Program-made: the position numbers and the translations under genes
Shown: piece after piece, positions 35,776 to 41,902 of the stretch
Position numbering within the stretch: the stretch's first letter is position 1
Layout: each line of letters opens with the position of its first letter
Notes under the pieces: generated by a model
What the model was told of the DNA's origin: nothing
Databases searched by the model: none
Seen by the model: the letters and a program-made list of their open reading frames with translations, nothing else
NCBI GenBank assembly: GCA_964345515.1
Contig: CAYFRX010000002.1
Span: 1 to 41,902 of the forward strand
DNA: 41,902 nt
Source: an uncultured Rhodothermales bacterium
GTDB taxonomy: Bacteria > Bacteroidota > Rhodothermia > Rhodothermales > Salinibacteraceae
Direction: 5' to 3'

Positions 35776-36864
35776 ATGAGTCAATCGACGCAGTCTAGAT
35801 CCACATTCCGTCAGCAAGCCGCCTTTTTCGCCGACTACGACAATCTTCTCAGCGTCATCCAATCCGAAAGTAGCGGCAATCAGTACCCGGATGAGTACGC
35901 GTCCGAAATCCTTAACGAGGCGCAACGCTACATTAAAAACCGGAATAACCTCCCGACATCGATCTCGCGCGCGTACGCGGACTTCGGCGCGCTCGATGAC
36001 GATGCGCCCTACATCCAGCGCGATCTGCAGCGGGGCGGGTTCGAGCCCCGGTACGTGCCGTCGGACCTCCAGCGTAATGCTGGGGAGTTGCAGATGGCGC
36101 TCGACGTCGTCCAGGCCACGCACGAGCATCCCTCGATCGACACCGTCGTGCTGGTCACCGGCGATCGCCCGTACCTGCCGCTCATCCGTCGAATCGTGGA
36201 GGCGGGCCGGCACGTGCTGGCCATCATGCTCTTCCCGCCGCGTGCCGAGGACGCACCGTTCTTTGTGAAGGACGACGTCTTCCTGGATGCGCGCAACCTG
36301 CTCAGCGAAGAGTCGAAGCAGGCGTTTCCGGCCAGCGATCATGCAGCCTCCGAACCGGCAACTCGGTTAGAACCGCATGAATACCAGTCGCTCACCGATC
36401 CCATCGTGCGCCGGACCGTTGAGATCACCGAAGAGCATTTTGGCCAGTACGATGAGGTGTACCTCACGCCGCTGCTACGCAAGCTCTCCGATGTGCTGGG
36501 CCCGGATCACGACCCCAAGTCGCTGATTAGCCGGTTGGAGAACGCCGGGGCCGTCCGGCTGGAAAAGCGCAACGGGTATCCATACGACTACACCGTGCTC
36601 ATTATGCACGACGATCACCCCGACGTGCAGGACATCCAGGCCGAGCTGCAGAATCAAACCGGCTACGGCGACGGCTATTATGAGGATGATTACGAGTACG
36701 AAGACGACGCCTACGCGTCCGAGCCCGAGCCGGATGACACCTATGATCCGGACGACGACTACGATTCCGACGTGGACTATGCCAACGATGCCGTTGAGGC
36801 ATCGGAGCCCTCGTATGACGGCGCCTACGATGAGCCGGAGGACAATCCGCAGGAGACGTCGTAG
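35776..36864 (+). CDS. NYN (LabA/DUF88-like) domain protein with a possible OST-HTH/LOTUS domain and a D/E/Y-rich C-terminal tail
   Basis: Start at ATG 35776.
- NYN-like blocks: AAFFADYDNL, LQMALDVVQAT and VVLVTGDRPYLPLIRRIVEAGRHVLAI.
- LOTUS-like middle segment: IVRRTVEITEEHFGQYDEVYLTPLLRKLSDVL ... LENAGAVRLEKRNG.
- Tail: GYGDGYYEDDYEYEDDAYASEPEPDDTYDPDDDYDSDVDY... Confidence 0.6.
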   Translation: MSQSTQSRSTFRQQAAFFADYDNLLSVIQSESSGNQYPDEYASEILNEAQRYIKNRNNLPTSISRAYADFGALDDDAPYIQRDLQRGGFEPRYVPSDLQRNAGELQMALDVVQATHEHPSIDTVVLVTGDRPYLPLIRRIVEAGRHVLAIMLFPPRAEDAPFFVKDDVFLDARNLLSEESKQAFPASDHAASEPATRLEPHEYQSLTDPIVRRTVEITEEHFGQYDEVYLTPLLRKLSDVLGPDHDPKSLISRLENAGAVRLEKRNGYPYDYTVLIMHDDHPDVQDIQAELQNQTGYGDGYYEDDYEYEDDAYASEPEPDDTYDPDDDYDSDVDYANDAVEASEPSYDGAYDEPEDNPQETS

Positions 36865-36936
36865 CTCCGCGTTGACCCAATCGACGGACAGGCGTTCTGC
36901 ATGCCGCCTCTTTATCACTGACGCATCGACGACGTA

Positions 36937-38391
36937 ATGGCTGCCCCCAAGCTGGAAGTGACCGACGAACTCACGCCTCGACAGATTGTCGAGGAGCTCG
37001 ATAAGTACATCATCGGCCAGGACGACGCGAAGAAGAACGTGGCTATCGCCCTCCGCAACCGCTGGCGCCGCCAGCACGCGCCGGAGGACATGCGCGACGA
37101 GATCCTGCCGAACAACATCATCATGATTGGCCCGACCGGCGTAGGCAAGACGGAGATCGCCCGCCGGCTCGCTAACCTGGCCCGCGCCCCCTTCATTAAG
37201 GTTGAGGCCTCTAAGTTCACCGAGGTCGGGTACGTGGGGCGCGACGTGGACAGCATGATCCGTGACCTGACCGACATTGCCGTCAACATCGTGCAGGAGG
37301 AGCACGAGGCCGAGGTCCAGGAGCGCGCCCGCGAACTGGCTAATGAGCGCATTCTCGACATCCTGGTGCCTCCCCCCGAGAACCAGCAGTCGAACCAGCA
37401 GCAGTCCATCAGCGGTCCCGGCTTTGTGATGCAGCCGTCGGACGACGAAGACGGCACCGACGGGAGCAACGGCACGTCGTCGCAGGCCGGCGTTCGGGGG
37501 CGCACGCGCGAGAAATTTCGCGCTAAGCTGGAGAGCGGCGAGCTGGAAGACCGCGAGATCGAGATTGAGGTGTCGACGGACCAGTCGTCCATGATGCAGG
37601 TTTTCGGCCCGATGGGCATGGAAGAGATGGGGGTCAACCTGCAGGAGCTCTTCGGCAACCTTGGCGGGCAGCAGCGCAAGAAGCGCCGCGTCACCGTGGA
37701 GGAAGCGCGCGAGATCCTCACGGAAGAGGAGGCGCGCAAGCTCATCGACATGGACCAGGTGAAGGAGGACGCGCTCCAGCGCGTGCAGCAGTCCGGCATC
37801 GTGTTCGTCGACGAGATCGATAAGGTGGCAGCCGGCACGCAGAAACGCGGCGACGGCGCCGGGCAAGGTGTCTCTCGCCAGGGCGTGCAACGCGACCTCC
37901 TCCCGATCGTAGAGGGCTCAAACGTGACAACGAAGCACGGCATGGTGAAGACGGACCACATCCTCTTCATCGCCAGCGGCGCGTTCCACGTGGCCAAGCC
38001 GAGCGACCTCATCCCCGAGCTCCAGGGCCGCTTCCCGATCCGCGTGGAGCTGAACAACCTGGACGAGGACGACTTCTACAAGATCTTGACGCAGCCCAAG
38101 AACGCGCTGCTCAAGCAGTACGCGGCGCTCCTCGCCTCGGAGGACGTCGAGATCGAATTTGCCGACGACGCCGTGCGCGAGGTGGCGCGGATTGCCGCGC
38201 GCGTGAACACGGAGGTCGAGAACATCGGTGCGCGCCGGCTACATACGATCCTCACGACGCTCCTCGAAGACATCCTCTTCGACGTGCCCGACAAGATCAC
38301 GGGCGAGCACCTCGTCGTGGATGCGAAGATGGTGAAGGAGCACCTGGATTCCATCGTGGAAGACCGCGACCTGAGCCAGTACATCTTGTAG
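36937..38391 (+). CDS. hslU: HslU AAA+ ATPase/unfoldase subunit of the HslUV protease
   Basis: 484 aa. N-terminus [34 protein letters not shown]. Walker [16 protein letters not shown]. Motifs IVFVDEIDK and [11 protein letters not shown]. Confidence 0.96.
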   Translation: MAAPKLEVTDELTPRQIVEELDKYIIGQDDAKKNVAIALRNRWRRQHAPEDMRDEILPNNIIMIGPTGVGKTEIARRLANLARAPFIKVEASKFTEVGYVGRDVDSMIRDLTDIAVNIVQEEHEAEVQERARELANERILDILVPPPENQQSNQQQSISGPGFVMQPSDDEDGTDGSNGTSSQAGVRGRTREKFRAKLESGELEDREIEIEVSTDQSSMMQVFGPMGMEEMGVNLQELFGNLGGQQRKKRRVTVEEAREILTEEEARKLIDMDQVKEDALQRVQQSGIVFVDEIDKVAAGTQKRGDGAGQGVSRQGVQRDLLPIVEGSNVTTKHGMVKTDHILFIASGAFHVAKPSDLIPELQGRFPIRVELNNLDEDDFYKILTQPKNALLKQYAALLASEDVEIEFADDAVREVARIAARVNTEVENIGARRLHTILTTLLEDILFDVPDKITGEHLVVDAKMVKEHLDSIVEDRDLSQYIL

Positions 38392-38740
38392 TGACGCGCG
38401 TTTCGTGATACCCATTTCCTGGAACGGTGTCCTCGGCTGCCCTACAAGCCCTCTGGCCTTAAAGAAATCGGCGACTCGACCGGAGCGGCATCGGAGCGTC
38501 TACAAATCTTCGCTGTCTGACCGACCGAACGCCGCGAGGGAGAACGTTTCGACGATTTTAGCGGAGAGGGAGCGAAGGTAGCCGTTTTCTTCACCGCCTT
38601 GATGGTTGCGTCCCGTTGGATCAAGCCAACGGAGCATCCAGGAAGGGACCGTAATAGAGCGGTGGGGGGATGTTCACTCCGTTTCCGGGGAAACGGTATG
38701 AGCAGACGTGCACCCGCGTGATCACCTCAATCAAAATCAA

Positions 38741-38771
38741 GAAGCCAGCTCCGTCCGTCGGAGCTGGCTTC
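38741..38771 (-). terminator. Rho-independent terminator, best read on the minus strand (after the bacilliredoxin gene)
   Basis: GAAGCCAGCTCC (38741-38752) pairs perfectly with GGAGCTGGCTTC (38760-38771) around a 7-nt loop. On the minus strand the stem is followed by TTGATTTTGATT. Confidence 0.75.
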
Positions 38772-38835
38772 TTTGCTGAGCGGGAGGTTTGAGATCGGCA
38801 GAACCCGGTACACCTCCGCAGTACGCATCACGCCC

Positions 38836-39351
38836 TCACATGATCGATTTGAACGTCGAGGGCAGATCGTCGCTCTCATCCGAGGCGTCTGTCTCGGGCG
38901 TACTGGGCGCCTCGTCGGACGCGGCCCCATCGCCGCAGTAGGTTTCGAAGGCATCAGCCAGGTCGGAGGCGATGGCGTTCGCGCTGCGGCCCTCAATGTG
39001 TTTCCGTTCGATGACGTACACGGGGTCGCCGTCTTTGAAGAGGGCCATGAAGGGCGAAGATGGCGGAATGCCCGGGAGGAATTCGCGGGCTTGCTCGGTG
39101 GCCTCCAGGTCCTGCCCGGCAAACACCGTCACGTAGCGATCGGGCTGGTACTCGGCGCGTTGCGCGAGCGAGACGGCCGGCCGTGCATTGGCAGCCGCAC
39201 AGCCACACACCGAGTTGATCACGAGTAACGTCGTCCCCTCGGAGTCGTTCTCAAACACCGCGTCAACGTCGTTCGCGCTGCGCAACTCTTCGACGCCGAT
39301 GTGAGTCAGTTCCTCGCGCATCGGCTTGACCATAGCTTCTGGATATGGCAT
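38836..39351 (-). CDS. Bacilliredoxin (BrxA/BrxB, YphP/YqiW family, DUF1094) with an acidic C-terminal extension
   Basis: 171 aa. The CGC redox motif lies in LLVINSVCGCAAANARP. Family-like FAGQD ... PSSPFMALFKDG ... IERKHIEGR. An extra tail GDGAASDEAPSTPETDASDESDDLPSTFKSIM follows the usual ...ETYC end. Confidence 0.8.
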   Translation of the reverse strand: MPYPEAMVKPMREELTHIGVEELRSANDVDAVFENDSEGTTLLVINSVCGCAAANARPAVSLAQRAEYQPDRYVTVFAGQDLEATEQAREFLPGIPPSSPFMALFKDGDPVYVIERKHIEGRSANAIASDLADAFETYCGDGAASDEAPSTPETDASDESDDLPSTFKSIM

Positions 39352-39556
39352 AGCAAGACACCACTGTAAAAGATGAACGGATTCGTCGATTGACGCATAT
39401 TGTTACTTTACCTACCGATAGGGCAGGATGCTTGATCCGTAAACACTTGCCTCCCCCCGTGGCGCCAACGTATACTGGAGACGTGCATATGTCTGCTCCT
39501 CGGAACGATATTTGATCCCCGTGTGACGGAATGGCCTATCGACCGAACGGCCTCTC

Positions 39557-40129
39557 ATGGATCCAGCGATGTCGCATATTGACCGCTCCGCCGGCCTGAT
39601 CGCGACCGGCCTGATCGCCGTTTTCCTCCTGGGCGGCTGCACATCGTCGCGTCCACCGTCTCCCGCTGCCTCTTCTTCCACGCGCGACGCATCCACCACT
39701 GAGCAGCGGCTCCGGGCGGCCGTGGATCACTGGCGGGGCACCCCCTACGACCTGGGCGGAACCAGCACCGCAGGCATCGACTGCTCGGCCTTCGTGCAGG
39801 CGCTCTACCGCGATGTTCTGGGCGTGCCGGTCCCCCGCACCACGGAGAAGCAGGTACGAACCGGACAGCCAATCCCTGTCGAGGAGGCGCAACCCGGCGA
39901 CCTCGTTTTCTTCCGCCCCGCCCGCAAGCAGCGCCACGTCGGCGTGTATCTCGGCGACGGCGACTTCGCGCATGCGTCGGTCAGCCAAGGCGTCATGGTC
40001 TCGCGGCTTCAGGAAGCGTACTGGCAGGACGTCTACTGGATGACTCGCCGCCTCCTCCCCGACGCCGCCGTCTCCGCCACTGCTTCGCCTTCCATGAACA
40101 GCACTTCCTCCCAGCGAACCGGCTGGTAG
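39557..40129 (+). CDS. NlpC/P60 (C40) cell-wall peptidase lipoprotein
   Basis: 190 aa. Lipobox LLGGCTSS. Catalytic Cys in GIDCSAFVQALY and His in HVGVYLGDGDFAHAS. Confidence 0.88.
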   Translation: MDPAMSHIDRSAGLIATGLIAVFLLGGCTSSRPPSPAASSSTRDASTTEQRLRAAVDHWRGTPYDLGGTSTAGIDCSAFVQALYRDVLGVPVPRTTEKQVRTGQPIPVEEAQPGDLVFFRPARKQRHVGVYLGDGDFAHASVSQGVMVSRLQEAYWQDVYWMTRRLLPDAAVSATASPSMNSTSSQRTGW

Positions 40130-40352
40130 TGGCGCACCGGCCCGTTCCATGCAGTTTTTACCCATCTTCGGGATCTCATTCCGTGCTTGTTCGTGTACGG
40201 GGACCACGAACAGATCATAGAGAGCGCGATGCACGCTCTCAATCCGTACTTTTCCCAGCCAGCCGCTGCCTGTTTCAAGGGCCGTGGCTTTCCCATTTGT
40301 AGTCGCTGGAGAGCCCCGCGCAGCAAATTCTTATCCACATTATTGTCCATTC

Positions 40353-40832
40353 ATGGAAGACCAGAAGCCCGTATACCTGACTGAGGAAGGTCTGCAGGAG
40401 TTGAAGGAGGAGCTTCGCCGCCTCAAGACCAAGGAACGCTCGGAGATTGCTGATGAGATCGCGGAGGCCCGTGCCAAAGGCGACCTATCGGAGAACGCCG
40501 AATATGACGCCGCCAAAGAAAAACAAGGCCACCTTGAGGCCCGGATTGCCAAACTCGAAGACATGGTCACCCGAGCCCGTGTTGTGGATGAGAGCCAAGT
40601 GGACACCAGCAAGGCGTACATCCTGTCCACCGTGCGGGTCAAAAACCTGAACAACGACACCGAGCACACCTACACGCTCGTCTCGGAGCGCGAGGCCGAC
40701 ATCTCAGAAGGTAAAATTTCGGTGGACAGCCCGGTGGGCAAAGGACTGCTCGGCCAGTCGGAAGGCGACGTGGTCGGCATCGACGTGCCGGCTGGTACCG
40801 TCAAGCTTGAGATTCTCGACATTTCCCGTTAG
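40353..40832 (+). CDS. greA: Transcription elongation factor GreA
   Basis: Start at ATG 40353 (MEDQKPVYLTEEGLQELKEELRRLKT ... ARAKGDLSENAEYDAAKEKQ ... SVDSPVGKGLLGQSEGDVV). Confidence 0.93.
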   Translation: MEDQKPVYLTEEGLQELKEELRRLKTKERSEIADEIAEARAKGDLSENAEYDAAKEKQGHLEARIAKLEDMVTRARVVDESQVDTSKAYILSTVRVKNLNNDTEHTYTLVSEREADISEGKISVDSPVGKGLLGQSEGDVVGIDVPAGTVKLEILDISR

Positions 40833-40840
40833 CTGCTGCT

Positions 40841-41554
40841 GTGGATGCCGCCCCAGATGCACCGTCCCCGCGTCGTAGCCTGTGGCGCCGTAGCGTGCGT
40901 CTCGCGGTAGTCATCGGGGCGGCGGTAGTGAGCACGTATCTCGGCGTGTGCACCGCTGCGCTCGCAGCCTACATGCAGGCCGACCCGCCGATCACGGGCG
41001 TGCAAGCACAGCGCCACGTGGAAGCCTGGCTTGCCGGCACGGCGTTCGCGCCGCGCGCCGTACCGGTCCCGCTCGATGCGGTGTCCGATCACTTGGAACA
41101 CGCCGTTGTGGCCGCCGAAGACGCCCGCTTTTGCACGCATCACGGCATCGACTGGGTTGCGATCCGGGAAGCCGTGGAGGATAACCTCGAGCGCGGCACG
41201 GCGTGGCGAGGCGGCTCCACGCTCACCCAGCAACTCGTCAAGAACCTTTTCATGACGACGCACAGCACGCTGCTGCGGAAAGGGCTGGAGGTCCCGCTCA
41301 CGTACCTGGCCGACCTCATCCTGACCAAAGAGCGGATCCTGGAGCTGTACCTGAACGTGGTGGAGTGGGGCCCCAGCGTCTTCGGCGCGGAAGCAGCGGC
41401 CCAACATCACTACGGGACATCCGCCGCACGTCTCTCCCGCTACCGCGCCGCCGCGTTGGCTGCCTGCTTGCCCAACCCGCGCGTTCGCACGCCGCAGCGG
41501 ATGACACGCTATACCGTCACCATCCTCGCACGGATGCGTCAGCATGGCTGGTAG
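40841..41554 (+). CDS. mtgA: Monofunctional biosynthetic peptidoglycan transglycosylase (GT51)
   Basis: GTG start at 40841, 8 nt after the greA stop. N-terminal transmembrane segment. GT51 motifs EDARFCTHHGIDW, GGSTLTQQLVKN and RKGLEVPLTYLADLILTKERILELYLNVVEWG. Confidence 0.88.
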   Translation: MDAAPDAPSPRRSLWRRSVRLAVVIGAAVVSTYLGVCTAALAAYMQADPPITGVQAQRHVEAWLAGTAFAPRAVPVPLDAVSDHLEHAVVAAEDARFCTHHGIDWVAIREAVEDNLERGTAWRGGSTLTQQLVKNLFMTTHSTLLRKGLEVPLTYLADLILTKERILELYLNVVEWGPSVFGAEAAAQHHYGTSAARLSRYRAAALAACLPNPRVRTPQRMTRYTVTILARMRQHGW

Positions 41555-41637
41555 GTCGATATTGACACGGTGATTTGCGATGTTCAGATAGCACACCCCC
41601 GCCCCGCTTTCCTTCTTCTGACCGACCCCGAACGCCC

Positions 41638-41902
41638 GTGATCGACCTGCGAAGCGACACGGTAACGCGCCCCTCCCATGGCATGCGCCAGGCCATGGCC
41701 CAGGCCGAGGTGGGCGACGACGTGTACGGCGAAGACCCTACCGTCAATCGCCTGCAGGACACCGTCGCCGATCTGCTCGGCAAAGAGGCTGCCTTGTTCG
41801 TCCCCTCCGGCGTGATGGCCAACCAGATCGCGCTGAAGCTCCACACCGCGCCCGGCGACGAGGTCATCCTCAACCGCCGGAGCCACATTTACAACTACGA
41901 GT
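41638..41902 (+). CDS. ltaE: Low-specificity L-threonine aldolase, 5' fragment truncated by the window end (not in the supplied ORF track)
   Basis: My own translation from GTG 41638 gives (M)[87 protein letters not shown]. This matches the conserved N-terminus of threonine aldolases. An in-frame TTG at 41575 is an alternative start. Confidence 0.8.
   Translation, partial: MIDLRSDTVTRPSHGMRQAMAQAEVGDDVYGEDPTVNRLQDTVADLLGKEAALFVPSGVMANQIALKLHTAPGDEVILNRRSHIYNYE

Noticed and set aside
36475-38057. Two overlapping long minus-strand ORFs (471 aa and 380 aa)
   Set aside because: Both are antisense to the NYN-like gene tail and to hslU (Walker A intact). They are shadow ORFs.
38442-38624. 60-aa minus-strand ORF downstream of the bacilliredoxin terminator
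   Set aside because: It is short, basic and low-complexity, and it lies after a strong terminator with no obvious promoter.
1-41902. Searched by eye for CRISPR arrays, tRNA T-loop signatures (GGTTCGAATCC-type) in intergenic DNA, rRNA, and transposase, integrase or IS inverted repeats
   Set aside because: None found. GTTCGAA-type strings occur only inside coding regions (SusC and WbqC). No regularly spaced repeats longer than the short motifs listed were seen.

Overview
This is a high-GC chromosomal segment. Its proteins are strongly acidic and Bacteroidota/Rhodothermota-like, with a SusC/SusD pair and D/E-rich tails. It resembles an extreme halophile of the Salinibacter type, but that taxon call is inference only.

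Gene content in order:
1. A polysaccharide-utilisation-type locus (about 416-12660): sulfatase, SusC, SusD, sulfatase on the plus strand. These converge on a minus-strand fructan/sucrose module (GH32 hydrolase, PfkB fructokinase, MFS sugar porter).
2. An A/T-rich divergent control region (12661-13228).
3. A reactive-sulfur cluster (13229-18956): two half-size YeeE/YedE membrane proteins, a CstB-like persulfide dioxygenase-rhodanese fusion, a SulP/STAS anion permease and an OprO/P-like porin.
4. A standalone PAS protein and an orphan NarL/LuxR-type response regulator, diverging across a 757-nt non-coding gap.
5. A WbqC-like gene.
6. A carotenoid acyl-glycoside (salinixanthin-type) operon: cruF, crtB, an acyltransferase, an unknown exported ORF, and a GT2 glycosyltransferase.
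7. Housekeeping and cell-envelope genes: LapA-like, corA, ldcA, purN, purH, mreB, mreC, PBP4/dacB, hslV, an inserted NYN/LOTUS-like gene, hslU, bacilliredoxin, an NlpC/P60 peptidase, greA, mtgA, and a 5' fragment of a threonine aldolase gene that runs off the window and is absent from the ORF track.

I saw no rRNA, tRNA, CRISPR array, transposase or integrase. Many of the longest ORFs in the track (up to 810 aa) are antisense shadow ORFs typical of high-GC DNA. Several track ORFs are over-extended at the 5' end, and I moved their starts to internal ATGs.

The most unusual items:
- hslV and hslU are split by an NYN/LOTUS-like gene with a D/E/Y-rich tail.
- An uncharacterised, translationally coupled ORF sits inside the carotenoid operon.
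- The CstB/YeeE/SulP/porin sulfur cluster has no visible regulator or SQR.
- The SusC/SusD island is compositionally distinct and bracketed by sulfatases.

I cannot point to a clearly novel multi-gene system with confidence.
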